From the human T2T-CHM13v2.0 reference genome, Homo sapiens, in NCBI RefSeq assembly GCF_009914755.1, contig NC_060928.1: DNA of 64,000 nt, one strand, 5' to 3'. Position numbers and translations under genes: made by a program. Numbering within the stretch: position 1 is the stretch's first letter; each line of letters begins with the position of its first letter. Below are positions 37,812 through 52,000 of this stretch, in pieces. The notes under the pieces are model-generated. The model did no database searches. It saw nothing but the letters and a program-made list of their open reading frames with translations, and was not told the DNA's origin.

Positions 37812-39292
37812 ATCATATACACACATCATGTTTCTGTCTCTGGCCCATCTGCTCTGGTAGTATCCTTCCTTCTTCAGGGAGATGGCTTTTATGCATTTCA
37901 CCATAACCTACCCCCAAACTAACCTCCCCTTAAGTTTACAAAAATATGAAGGTGACCAACCCAAGGACAATTAGGTGTCACCCCCAGGAATTTTTATTCC
38001 CATATGGAAACATACAAATATAAAATATCAATTTAAATCATCAAATAGGTTCCATAGGATGATCATCTGCAAATTTCAGTTGCTTCCCTGCTTTTCTTCA
38101 CAGCTCAGGTGGTCAGTTCTTTCTGAACTTTTTGCTTCTTAGATAACTTAGAGTTGGTTGATTTTCTTCACCATTGGAAAGTCCTCGTTGATAGATTCAC
38201 TTTCAATATGCCCCCAGCCAAGAACAAAATACACTATGTGTGTTATGTTGATAAAAAAAAAGTCAGGAAACCTTTTAAAAAAATCTCTCAGGCAATTGTA
38301 TCATTGAGCTCAGAGAGACAAGAGGGCCCTCAGACGGCCTTTGGAGACTCTCATGAGACCTGTGCTACAGACGGCTTCTGTCTCTTCTTTTGTCAGGTTC
38401 TGCCATCACAGAGGCACTACTAAAAGATGACCTCACTTACAAATCTGGGCCTATTAATAAGAGGCCTATTCATAGAGGATTTGTTAATTTAGTTAACATT
38501 ATAAACTCATAACTTAATTCTGTTTATGTGAAAGCCAAAATATGCCGCAGAATCTTAAAGACAATTACATACTATTAATATTCCATTAAGTGTCCTGAAA
38601 AAAATCAAATCTTTGATACATTTTCAATTGTCTTATATGCCAAAAGATTTCTACATGTTAGTGTGTGCAAGATTTTCTTTTAATAATTCTTTAATGCAAA
38701 TCCATTTCAAATGATTCAATCCTTTTTATTTCATTATTATAAACCATGAACATAAACTTTTAAAATATACTTTCTCAGCTAGAAGTATATCTTAATTAGC
38801 TTTTTCTTCAAAGCTAATAGAAATAGACATTGTGTTCAAATCTTTTTACAACCTGAAAAACAAGCTTAGTGGAAGGAGGGATACAATTATGCGTGGGAAG
38901 GTAAAAGCAAGGACTATTGTTTCTGGCACATTGTTAACTAAATCGTGTGTGTGGGTGTTCCAGACACCATCAGCTGAGAGGCAAATATAAGAATATTATT
39001 GTAAGGTATTTCCAACATTTTTCCACCAAATGAATGTGTTGAAGTCTTTTGACAAAATCACTAGTTTTTGACTATGTCTGATATCATGTATTAAACATCA
39101 CATGATAAATCAGGGGCTAACAAGACAAAAGTCACTGGGCCATATTTCATTTGAAGGTGGGAATTCAGCATCTCTAAGCAGAAAATCACAGCTGCCTCCT
39201 GTCATTCCCTTGCATTCTGAGTTTTGCTATAGGTATTGATAGTCACCTGAAACATCTTAGCACACATAGGTACACATATAAATTTTAGGTAG

Positions 39293-39646
<354 letters not shown>

Positions 39647-40444
39647 TAATTGCTGTCTTCTGACTGCTGATAGAGTTTGTATTTGTTGAGGTTTGTGTAA
39701 ATACATGTAGCCATGCATACGTGTATATATTTGTTTGCATGATTGATCATAAGTGGGCCTTCTGTGTGTCTGTGTTTGTGTATCTTATATTATAGTCCTT
39801 GTTAATGTAATTATCCATTTCATTCCATGCTTGCTAATTACTACTTCCTCAGAACTCCAGTTTTTTGTTTGTTTGTTTCTCTTCCTATCACCTTATTTCC
39901 CCAATACAGGGTTCATATAACCCTTTTCAATGATGTAAGCCCTTCTTAGATTAAATTGCTATTTGATAATTTAGTCTTTTTCTTCTCCTTCCCTTCCTCC
40001 TAGTTTGTTCCTCTGTACTTTATAAAAATGTCACTACTATTGTGAGTTGAAAATATCCAAGACACATTTTCCTTATTTGTGGGAGGAGAAGATCAAAGAG
40101 AAATAATTGGTATTCCATGGAAAGGAAGTACACGTCAAAGAGATATATGAATGTTATCTTTGGTGTAGTGATTTAAAAGTTTATGTAGAATAAATATATC
40201 CATTTGTTCACCCAGAATTAATTGATTTTTCTTCTCTATGTAAGGTACAGGTCTGGGCAATAGTTAAAATGGTAATAATGTTCATTTCTTCACATTTTGC
40301 TGGAAGTTGTGCTAATAGAAGAAAATACGAATATAAGTTATTTAGTCATCCAATAAACAGGTGTATCTCAAAAGGCAGTTACTGTGGAAAGAATACTGAA
40401 CTTGGAGACCAGGTATCTGCATTGAAACCCCAGGCCTTCATATA

Positions 40445-41000
40445 CAGCTTCTCCACACAGAATCTTTTTTTTAGAATGTAAATCGGATTGTATTATGTTT
40501 CCTTGTCTTTTAAAGGCTTCTGATTGTCCTTACGATATAGAAAACAGTTTATAACGTTGCATACAGTTCCTGCGTGGTCCAGCTCCATCTTTCAGTGCTG
40601 ACCCACATGTACTGTGAGTACTGAAACACATGTACATGCATTATGGCTATGATCATGCTTCCAGCCACCACAGCCATAGTTCATTGAGTAGACAATGCTC
40701 CATCTCTCAGGACCATCGGTCATTCTATTTTTCTCTCTAAAGCACTCTTTTGCTTGCCTTTAAAACTTCCACTACTCCCACTTAGAACAGATTAGTTTTT
40801 ACAGGTTTTCATGAAACATGTTGCTTTCCTTTGGATCACTTATCTCCATTTTTAGTTGAATATTAATTTGTGTCATCAACGTTGACTCCTCAACTGAACT
40901 GTTAACTCCCCGAGAGCAGGTACTACATCTATGTCCCTGACCGCTGGCTCCCCTGTGCCTATCTCAGTTTCTGACACACAAAGGTTTTTGAAAAAGTTAA
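40445..41000 (+). mobile_element. L2 3' region, flanked by MIR fragments (about 40370-40445 and 41040-41150)
   Basis: aatgtaaatcggattg...ctgttaactccccgagagcagg...cccctgtgcctatc. Confidence 0.65.
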
Positions 41001-41229
41001 TCACTTAAGAAAATTATTGAACTGCTCAGAAACAAAATTTCACCAATTATAAAATGGGGATAATAAATTACTTGTTAGATTAACTGAGAGAATGTGCATA
41101 AAAACTTTGCCTAATGCTCTAAAATATAGGGTGGGATAATGATTATAACAATAACCAAGATGAATTGCTGTTCTAATTGATTTGGTCAATAGAGAAAAAC
41201 TAGTCAGTGATATGGGTGTGCATATAACT

Positions 41230-43158
41230 TTAAAATAAATCATTGTCTTACTGCATAAAAAAAAGCAAAATATGTTTATAGATATCTTCAGATACTGTAA
41301 AAGAATATAAAATCAAAAACGAAAGTTCCTTTCTCTGTTATTACTTCCAGCTGTAATCTACAGTTGTAACCACTTAAAATTGCTTTTTGTTTTCAGCTCT
41401 TATGTGGTTATCATTGGATCTCTAAGTTTTATGTTTTTATTTCTATTTCTTGTTTCATCAACTTTAGACAGCATCTACTAACTTGCTGCTATGAAAGATG
41501 AGTTTAGATCATCACACTAACTTCTACCTTCCCGATTTCTATATGCAATTTTTGTTATTTATATTATTATGATTATTCAATATTACATTTTTGACTTTAA
41601 ATAATATTTTTAACAAACGTTTCTTGCTTCATGTAATTTAAGGTAGCTATTTATCTCACATTGTATAAGAAGAGGAAAGTAGTGTACACACATTTTTCTT
41701 TCATTATTCTTGCCCTTTACATTTCCTAAGTTCTGCCCACCGTGCCACTGTTTGATTTTGTCAACTTATGTCCTGTTTTGTTCTGTCAAGTCTTATGTTA
41801 TCTTCTGTGTTTTTTCACCAAAGGTTGATTTTAAAAATTATAAACAAAGCAACCTCATAAACATGAGCATTATGTAAGTGTGATAAATATTATGCATAAA
41901 CAACGTTAAAAACAAATATATATTGCAATCAAAGTACTGTAAAGGGACTCATTGAAAAGAGTTGTACTCCTAATTGAAACTGTGTCAAAATAAAAGAGAA
42001 CATTCCAAGTTCTTAATGCTCAAAATTATATTTTAATGTGCTCAATATGTGGTCTATTTTTTTATACAGCTTTTTGTTCTCAAAAGAGTTTCTAATTCTT
42101 TCTTTGTTATTACTGGCAGCAAAATACTCATAAGTTTTTATATTAATCATATAGATTGTAGAATGGAACTGATTTTCTCCTTAAGGATTTTTTTTATAGC
42201 AGCCACTGATTTCCTGCTTTTATTTGTATTGATGGCACAGAGATTTCATTGCATAAAGCCAATGAATTCGAGTGTGCTTCTCTTTCTTGACTTCCTTTTT
42301 GACCTTTCAGGAATATAAAGTCAAGTAATTTTATTTATTGAAGGATGTTTGCAAGGAGGTATTTTTTAATCTCTGAGATCCGAAAATGCTTCTAATTTCT
42401 CTTTAAATTTGACTGGTATTTTGACTGGGCATAAAATTCCAGGCTTTAACTAATTTTTCCTCAGAAATATCAAAGGCATTGGTCCATTGTCTCCTAGCTT
42501 TCATTTCAGCTAATGAGAAACTTGATGCCAGATTCTTTTTCCTTGGTAGATAACGTAGATTTATTTTCTAAAGATTTTGAACATATTCTTTTTATTTTGG
42601 TGTTGAGATTTTACTAGTATATGTATCTGTGTGGATTAACTTTTCATTCGTATTTTTGGCATAAAATAAAATCTTTCATTCTAGAGATCATATTTTCCTT
42701 CATCTCAGGAAATATATATTTTACATTTTTCCCATTTTCTTTACCTCCTAATTTCTAGAATTCCTCTTAGATGTTATCCTTCTTGCATTTTATCTATCTC
42801 TTCATTGTAATAATTTACATATTTTTAAATTATCAATTTACATGCTTTATAATTATTTATTAATTCATTAATATATCAACAAATATATATTTGATACCTC
42901 TGAAACAAATACTGAGCTCTAGGCTTTATAAATGCAATAGAAAGCAGGCAAAAATCGCCACTTTGACATACTGTCTAACACACCCTACTTAACCTGTTCT
43001 GAGAGATTGCTTAAGCTCTGTCTTAAAGAACAAAAATTTTGTCTTCTTCTTTGTTTATCTTATTATTTTTTCCTTCTACTAAATTTTAAATTTCAGTTAT
43101 TATATTTTTAATGTAATGTCAAAAAGCTTTTTACTTTTCTTTTTTTATTATGGCCTCT

Positions 43159-43208
<50 letters not shown>

Positions 43209-43360
43209 AGACGGAGTCTCGCTCTGTCGCCCAGGCCGGACTGCGGACTGCGGTGGCGCAATCTCGGCTCACTGCAAGCTCCGCTTCCCGGGTTCACGTA
43301 TTATGGCCTCTTCTAGAATTTTGCTTTTAATGTCTACTTGCGTAGGCTGAGATTGCTAAT
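41230..43360 (-). mobile_element. HAL1 (half-L1), with a nested L2 piece (about 42860-42980) and the AluYb8
   Basis: catcaactttagacagcatctactaacttgctgctatgaaagatgag 3' motif; ORF1-like ctgggcataaaattccagg...ccattgtctcctagc. Confidence 0.65.
43162..43298 (-). mobile_element. AluYb8, 5'-truncated (right-arm end only)
   Basis: 7-nt duplication ggactgcggactgc; ccgcttcccggg; pure T-run of 46-47 nt; perfect TSD tattatggcctcttct. Confidence 0.97.
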
Positions 43361-46300
43361 TATATCCTTTTGTTACAAAACATTTAATTTCAGAGATATA
43401 ATGTCAAAGTTTTACAGGTACACATGGAAAAAAAATCAAACACAATCACAGATGAAAGTTAAGACAACTTAATCATAGCTATTGCTATGCTGACTATTCA
43501 TTAGTGTGGAGACAGAAGTTCTCTGGGTGAGACATGCTGTAGGACAGACAGGAGGGGTAACTAGTGCTCCTCCCCTTCCTGTCTCCATCAACAGACCCTA
43601 CACACACCAAAGAAATTCCTCAATATCTTTTCTGGGATGGCAATGTTCTTAAATGTCCAGCATACTCTCCCTCGTCCAACCCATTATGCACATTCCTAGG
43701 CATGATTGAAATAGATTAGGGCAAACATATGATCAAGTGAGTCTAATCTTCAGCAATGGCTATACCTTGGCCAAGTCTCCACCAGCAATCACAGTAGGAG
43801 TCTGGTTATTAATACTAACCTGGAATCCAGTAGGGTACCAATATGCAAACTGAATGCTACACTTGATGATGGGAAGGCAGAATAAACACTTTTGAGAACC
43901 ACAACACCACTACATATAACATGGCAAAAGTCACAGTCCATCTCTTAGTCCATGTATGTTTTATTATGAGGGCCACCTTATACCATGTGGTTGGCTAGCT
44001 CTACAGTTTCTTCTATGGAAAGCTGTTTATCATGAGCTTTCTAGGCAGAGATGACTGTAGTTTACATGGTTACAGGGAACTTTAATATAAAAGGATGACA
44101 TTTAAGATTGGTCTGGAATTCTGGCAGATCCACATTAAAGGCATTTTCCAACCAAAGGGAGATAGTTATGGAGTACTATTTATCTAATAAAGATGTTAAG
44201 TTTAGTGTAGTTTGGGCGCTCAATACTGAAAAATATATATCTTAATTTCTACTAGAAACACAGTGACAGTCTCAGGACAGTGTAGGGGGTGAGGATGGAG
44301 TTATAGGGGCATGTAGTTCAGTTACAGCTGTGAGGTCTAGGTAAATAGAGAATGTAAGCTTGGACAAGTTACCTTATTCAACATCAACTTTCATGAGCAG
44401 GAAATAAATCCAGAATATGTTCCCCCTCCAAAGTTATGAAAAACCAAGAATTTTTAAAGGTCTCTTCACTCATCAGCCATTTGTAAATTCTGTCCAAGAC
44501 TAAATTAATGATTTCCCTGACAGTGACAGAGTGCCCTTGGGCATAGTTATTGGTCTTCCTTGCCAGTGATATGCTGATTAGAGTGGAAGAACCAGTGGTT
44601 AAATCTCAGTGCAAGCTTAGTAAGTGTGAGTTTCAGGACTTCAAATGCTGTTTTGGAGACATGTTCTCATCACTCATCTCACTGAAGGTGGTAAAGGAGT
44701 CACCTCTCTACATGGCTACAGTTTTGTTACTTGACTAGATGACATGTTTCAGGAAGTAGAATTCTCAGTAGTCAATTGCCTGTCGGGCACCGCCTATGTG
44801 TGGTGATGAATGTAAGCATGTGGCTATGGGTTTGGAAATGAAGCTAGCTGGAGCAGACACAGAGTCCTATTACCATGAAAAAAGGCTAAGGTTTGAGATA
44901 AGTAATTCACTCAATTTTTTTTGAAAGTTTTATTTTAACCTCCAAATTATTTCTCATGATTTACATCACGTTACTGCAGTTGCTCATCTTGGTATTTATT
45001 TTTCAGCATAAGGAGGTCCCCAAATCTCTAGTACTATTTAGTTGTTTGATCATGTTTGTGAGTTGTGGTTAGATTGGTCAATGTAGGTACCTGGTGTATG
45101 GATTTTTAAAAATTAAATGTAAATAGTTTCAGAAATAGAAATAGGGAGAAACCATATCAATCGGTACAGCATCTCTGAAATATAATAGCCATGTTTAGAA
45201 AATAGCTAAATATAAAGATGCTGTACTGTGTTTGAATAATAACACTATTGCCACCGTCATTATGATTGCCCAAAATTTCCTTCTGTTAGGATTTATCAAT
45301 ATACAGTGAATGCAAAGGTTTATGTTTAGATTAGATAGTGTCCCTGCCATAGGAAGATTTACAGCCTAGTGGATCTAATAATCTTTCAGCAACTTTGGAA
45401 AATATATTAACTTGTCAAGCCTGGCATCAATTTAGCACCAAGAGCAAATATTAAATAATGAAGATGGTTTATTACAAAAATCCCATAAGTAACCATTTTA
45501 ACTTCTTTTACAAAGATTTTCAGACATACTTAGGATAGAAAAGTAGCAAAGTAAATGTGAATAGCTTTATGGCAGTTCTTTCCTCTTTGCCACAAGAGAT
45601 GTGTTCCATTTATAGTTTATTAAGTGCTGGCTTTGAAATACTGTGTTGCCATATTTTATTTGTTCCTTCATATACTAAGGGATGAAATAACAATATGAGA
45701 GCAGTAAATACTGCAACAGAAGATATTGATGGAAAAATAGTATAATAGAAAAATATAATTCACTTTTTCTATTTATATGTCAGTATTGAAAAACAAATCA
45801 AATAGAAGGGGGGTTCTGTGAGATGTGACAAATTTTTTAAAGTGTGCCAATTACATTTTTTTCTTTTACTTCCTGTTTTTAAAGACCGCATTTTCTTTGG
45901 GTTGCTTGGATACATTCCATGGCATGACACTTCCAGAAGTTAGTACTAAAACACAAATCAAAATGACAACTTTAGACACTGGAACCAGTCCTGTAGAGGT
46001 CACAAAAGGTGATTCTCCAACGTCATTTTTTTCTCATTTCATTTAATATGCGGGTAGATTCCAAGATGATGCTCTCTCATAGCTTTTCTTCAGCGCTTTC
46101 CAGAATGATTCTGAGGCACACATCATTATCAAAAGAAAAAAGATTTCAATTGTTTCTGACATAGGATTTAGCTACCTATGTATCTTATATTGTAACTTCT
46201 TCCATCTTTCTCAATTTTTATGTTGATCTCTTTAACTTTTGCATTTCTAATCTCACTTAAACTGAAAGAACATACTTTGTGCAATTTACCCTAATTATTT

Positions 46301-46729
46301 CGTTTTCATTAGATGATGATAGGTACATATAACTGATTGTGATAAATAAGCTATTTTGTTATTGCAAAATTCTGCACTTTCCTTAAATAGTTGTAAGATC
46401 AAATCATCTATGCCTAGCTGCCTTTGCTTAGCTGGCCCACAATAACTGGAGGCAGAGATGATTCTATGACCCTCAAGGTGTATATGATGACAATATTTAT
46501 TTTTCTTTACCTTTGTTCATGGTTCTAAACTATAGACTGACTCAATAATAAGCCATAAATACTGGAATGTCTTATTGCATGTATACTTCAAGAAAATGAC
46601 TGTCAGGATTACTATCACAAGGACTCATGACCTTGTCTGATACTGAAGAGACAGTCTCATTCTAGGAGGACAGAACTATTCCTTTTCCAGAGTCCAGTCC
46701 AATTAAGTCTCTGAGACACCTTGACTTTT

Positions 46730-46803
46730 TCCTCACTATGTTGTCCAGAATGGCTTCAAACTCCTTCCACCTCAGCCTCCCAAATAGGTGGGACTACAGG
46801 CAC
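46730..46803 (-). mobile_element. FAM/FLAM-like fragment
   Basis: ctcactatgttgtccag...cctcagcctcccaaa...gggactacaggcac. Confidence 0.65.
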
Positions 46804-47867
46804 TTTCTGCCACTTCTAGGGACATTGTGACTTTTGTAGAGAACTCCCAAATAGACAACGGAGATTTCTTTCTAGAGATATACACCTGTAAGTGGAAGAA
46901 GATGAGACATTTCTATTCCCTAGTTGGCTAGTCATTTACTGAAAGTATTATAGTCCATTTAAAACATTTTTTCCATCAATTATGCATTAAATGCCCAACA
47001 TGAAGATTCATTTCATCTCTTTTTCCAGTGCTCTCTCTTCCTGTCTCTCTCTGTTTTTGAGAAGTTGAGTTGAACTTTTTATAAAAGCAATAACTTCTTT
47101 GGGGCTCTCCTTAGTACTAAAAATCAGTACTCCTTTATCATAACCTTTGAATGCTCAAATGTTCAGCCCCATATTTTGCCTAGCTGTACTTTATCATTGT
47201 CACCAGAATATAGTGTCTCCATATTTGATCCCAATTTATGCTTAGAGTTGCTCTATAATGTTAATTTAAATAACAATGTTCTAATAAGCCATATTACTCT
47301 AGGTCAGCTGACTGAATTCTATTAAAATATTTATTGTTTTCATGACTGACAATGACATGTCTGCTTATACATGTGTTATTGCAGGTACATTCTTAGTGTG
47401 CTCAACCCTTGTCAGAGCTTACTATTTGAGCAATAAATCAAAGATTATGCATAGAGTAATCCTTATAAGAATTTTCATTAATTAATCCTATTAAGGGAAA
47501 AATGATGCTCAGGGGCAGTAAGTGTATCATATTACTATATTTCATTAGTTGTTCATATATTAACATATCTGAAATTAATTTTTCATGTTACAATCAATGA
47601 CATCTTAGATTTGACAATAATGGTATCATCTACCAGCCCTCTTAATGTCCTCAAGCATTCTACACCTAACATGCAAAGATTGAATTGTGCCAGATATTTT
47701 AAACATCTACTTTCATCCACTTGCAAGAGGAATGAATTATATAGAGCCTTCTTTTCTAAAAAGAAGTGTTCCATCTTTTTGGGAATACTATAGATATTGG
47801 GTAAATTCCAAGAATTCTAACTGATACGTTAGACATTAGAGCCTGGGTTATGAAAATGTCTATTTTC

Positions 47868-48194
47868 GGCCAGGCGCGATGGCTCATGCCTGTAATCCCA
47901 GTACTTTGGGTGGCCGAGGCGGGCGGATCACGAGGTCAGGAGATCAAGACCATACTGGCTAACACGGTGAAACCCCGTCTCTACTAAAAATACAAAAAAA
48001 AAAAAAATTAGCCGGGCGTGGTGGTGGGCGCCTGTAGTCCCAGCTACTCGGGAGGCTGAGGCAGGAGAATGGCGTGTATACCCGTGAGGCGGAGCTTGCA
48101 GTGAGTCAAGATCATGCCACTGCACTCCAGCCTGGGTGACAGAGCAAGACTCTGTTTCAAAAAAAAAAAAACAAAAAAATAAAACAAAAAAAAA
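47868..48194 (+). mobile_element. AluY, full length
   Basis: CpG-rich; perfect 16-bp TSD gaaaatgtctattttc (47852-67 / 48195-210). Confidence 0.97.
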
Positions 48195-49191
48195 GAAAAT
48201 GTCTATTTTCATATTTGTATTTTTGTATTTCAAGACCCAACCAGGTAGGAGTAATTAGAATAGAATTGCCCTAAACCCCCACAAAATAACAACTGGTAGA
48301 GCATTGCTGTGCACTGACAGATGTTTGGGAAAAGTGAAAACAACTCCTATTCAAATGGAAAAGTTTTGAAGTAGACTGTTCTGAATAATAAAAGAGGAGA
48401 CAATGACCAAAAATGTCTAATTTTTTTTACCAGTATAAAAACTGAATAACGGAGATTTAGCCATTTTGATAAGCTCACATACAAACCCATTTTATATTGA
48501 AAACCACTTGAACAATATCAATTCTAATAAAAAGGCCATTAAAAGGATGCTATTCAAGCCTGCTGGCTTTTTTTAGTGGGCCACCTTACAGTCCACTGTT
48601 GGTTGCATGATTACTGAGAGCCAAGTGAGCACAGGCTCTTTGTGTTCTGCCAGTATTTTGAAGTGGATAAGCTAAATCTGCCTCTCAGTACACAGAATTC
48701 TGCAGAGTTAGCATCAACAATGTCTGTGGCTGATGACATTACCCAGTAAATCATGCTCCGTGCATCATTCAAGACAGAACCATCTTTAGAAAGAGAGATT
48801 TATCTTGGCCTTGACAGTCTTGATAAATCAAATCTAGGTTTCAAAGCCAAGAGTAGATTTAATGAAACCATTCTAAGCTAAGAGTTGGTTGATAGAAATT
48901 ATACGGTAGAATTAAACTTGTTTTAAAATGTCATAGGTATGTTTAAAAGCCCCACTTGTTTGGACTTTAAAAATATTTCAATTAATTTATGTATCCAAAT
49001 TAGAAGGAGACTAACACTAAAAATTTAAACAGCCCATATCCAACAGACTCGGAGATTAGATGTCCTTATTTATCATTTAAGACCTAACCAGATAAATGAT
49101 TCTAGACTTGAAAGTAAAAAATAACAAGAAGCCTCTCCTACTGAAATCTAATTCCTGCTAAAAACAACTGTAACCAATACATGGAAGGGAC

Positions 49192-49581
49192 TATGGTGAA
49201 CACGGAAATGCTCTCCCATATCTCCCTTCAAGATAATACTTGTTCCAGCTGTCAGCAGATAGCCTCAAACTGTTAGCTTCTGCAGTGTTTCCCTAAGCCT
49301 AGGAGGACTACCTCACTGTAGCGACGGCCTTCCCGGTACAGTCTACCTCAAATGACTAAGCATGGTGGTGGATAAAGGCCCAGCCAGTTTGTTCCACTGA
49401 GGAATGGGCCATATGCACCAGAGCTCTGCATGGGGTTAAGTGGTGCTGTGCTGGGACTGCATCACTGGTCAACTCCTCACTCTGTCCAATACTGATTCCT
49501 TCCCTTGTCAAATTCTCTAATGGTTAGTCTGCATGCCAAGCACTTTCTCATTGTTTGCTTCTGGAAAACCAACCTGCAACA
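49192..49581 (+). mobile_element. LTR16A solo LTR
   Basis: tctcccttcaaga...gctgtcagcagatagcctc...tgcttctggaaaaccaacctgcaaca. Confidence 0.8.
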
Positions 49582-50116
49582 GGGAGCATATGAAATCATC
49601 TCTGCCAGGAAAATGTCAAGACACAACTCCTCTCTGAATATATTACAACAAACAGGTCAGCCTGAAGAAGCCTTTGATGGGGCCAAAAAAGAACCATCCA
49701 TGATATCTACTGCTGGACCCATAACCAAATTTCTCACTACCTTGCCAGAAAGAGTTGTAGGTTATTTCCTTTTTTTCCAGACACTTACTTATAAAATGAG
49801 AATTGTTGAGAAATTTTCTGGATTTGAAAAATCTGGTTAAAAAATAATTTACCTCTAAGACAGAGAGCTCCAAAGGAGGGAAATGTACATGTAAGCTGTT
49901 GCAGAATGACCCCTGAGCTGGCTTATTTCAACAGCTTACTTTGATACTCTCTAATCTACCTGGTTATTGCCACTGAATTAAGCAATCTTAAAATCACACA
50001 CCAGAAAGGTAAAGAGGGTTATTTGTTTTTTTAAAAGTGGAAAAATAAGAGTGCTATTAATCCATCCCTTACTCTTGCACTCTTGGCTTAAAGGAAGGTA
50101 ACTCTTGCTATAGGAA

Positions 50117-50445
50117 TGTATTAGCCCATTTGTGTGCTGCTATAAAATAATTTATAATGAACAGAAATTTATTGGCTCACAGTTCTGCAGGCTGAGAAGT
50201 CCAATATCAATGTGTTGACGTCTGGTGGGGGTCTTGTTGTTGCTTTATCACATGGCAGAAAGTGAGAGGAAAAGAGATAACAAGACAGGGGCAAATTCAC
50301 TCCTTTATAATGACACTAATTCTACCTATGAGAGTCAAGCCCTCATGGCCTGATTGCCTCTGAAAGATTCTACCTTTTAATACTATTACAATGGCAATTA
50401 AATTTCAACATGAGTTTTGGAAGGGACAAACATTCAAATCATAGA
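50117..50445 (-). mobile_element. MSTC/MSTD-type solo LTR
   Basis: tgtattagcccatt...aatttcaacatgagttttggaagggacaaacattcaaa; TSD aggaa. Confidence 0.82.
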
Positions 50446-51559
50446 AGGAAGTGTTCTTTTTCAGGATGCATGTGTCTGGTAACGAATGTGATGTGACTTG
50501 GTTACATAGAATCCCTGTGTGCTGTTCTTTGTTCTCATTCTTATGGGGAAAATCAGGAGGACTGAAGGTGGGTGTCAAGACATTATCCAAATGTACCTCA
50601 TAACAACCTATTCTCTGATGGGGGTTCTTTCAGCTAATATCATAGCATTTCCCCATTCCTTTACCATTCTCAGTCTCCAGCACCTGTCTATTAGATACAA
50701 AAGTTCTTGTAAATAGCTCTTTTCCTCCAAGGCTTATTATCAGAAATGGAAATGGAAACTTATAGCTTCAATTACTTTTAAGCTTGATCGGAGGAGTGAA
50801 GACCTAATTTATTCAATGCCTTCAATTTTCTTAGTTGTACGAAATAACAGATATTAGGAATACAACACATTCATCATGCCAGATGCATTTTAAGGGAAAA
50901 ATGTAATTATCACTGAACTCAGATTATGTCAATATAATTTCTCTATTGTCACTGAAGTAAAAAAAATGAAAAAACACAATGCAATTACCATATGTGCTTT
51001 ACCATTTCTCCTAAACCTGAAGATTAACTATATAATCACAAAAGAGAATTTCACTAAATAGCCAGTGAAGTAGCTCTTCCCACTACCTAACATATTCAGC
51101 CTCACATCTAACCACCTATTCTTTCTAAAGAACAGGGAATAGACCAGTGAGGTGAACAACCACGAAATTCTATGGAGGAAAGTGATTTCAATTTTCATGG
51201 GATCAAATGACCTATACTTGAACTTCAGAGCAAGACTCTCAGAGAACAAAATCCTTTTGGTCAGTTATTGTTTTCCTTACTCTTTTTGCTATAACTCTTT
51301 GTTTTACAATGTTGCCTGAGAATCAACTGATTTTTATCATTGCTTTGCTCATTGTTAGTCTTTGATCATCTATTTACAGGGAGAGGGTGACAGTTAATTG
51401 CCCTGCCTCCTTTTGTCTCACTTTTTTACTCAGTCACTTTGTACTCCTGCCATGATATGAGACAGAGTATATTATTGTAGCATTTTGCCTGATGATTAAA
51501 AATCTACTCTATAGAATAAGAAAGTTTGGTTAGATGTCTGATCATGGAAAAGAAACCTA

Positions 51560-52000
51560 ATGTCTCTCAGGGTTTGGTCAGAAAATAGAATACTCTAGGT
51601 ATTTTGAGAAGACAGGGTCTTAATACACGGAAGAAATTTTGAAGAAATTGGAAAACCTAGAGGTGAAGATCAGGGAAGGCAGGGGAAGGCCACCACTAAT
51701 TCTCAATTTCTCTGTTAGTTTTCTGTGAATCAGGAAGTTATTCCACTCATCTGGCTCAGGAAATTTAGAAAACAATTTACAATAAGCACATCTGTGTTCA
51801 ATGCCTAGCAGATGATTCATGGGAGAACACCTGAAGGCTTTAGCAAAACTGCCCATCTGCTAAAGCCCTCAAGTCTGAACAAATAGAAAGATAATGACCT
51901 CTGGCTTTCCAACAAGTGCCTCTTATTGGTGAGATCTAAATAGGCATCACACTAAAAAGGTTTCTAGGAAATGTAGCTCCCAGGATTCTTAGTTCCCAAA
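51560..52000 (-). mobile_element. Old ERVL-class LTR (LTR33/LTR79-like)
   Basis: agtgcctcttattggtgagatctaa...ctaggaaatgtagctcccag motif; diverged. Confidence 0.5.

Noticed and set aside
43530-43800. Possible old LTR
   Set aside because: Only vague MLT/LTR-like motifs and no termini or TSD that I can support
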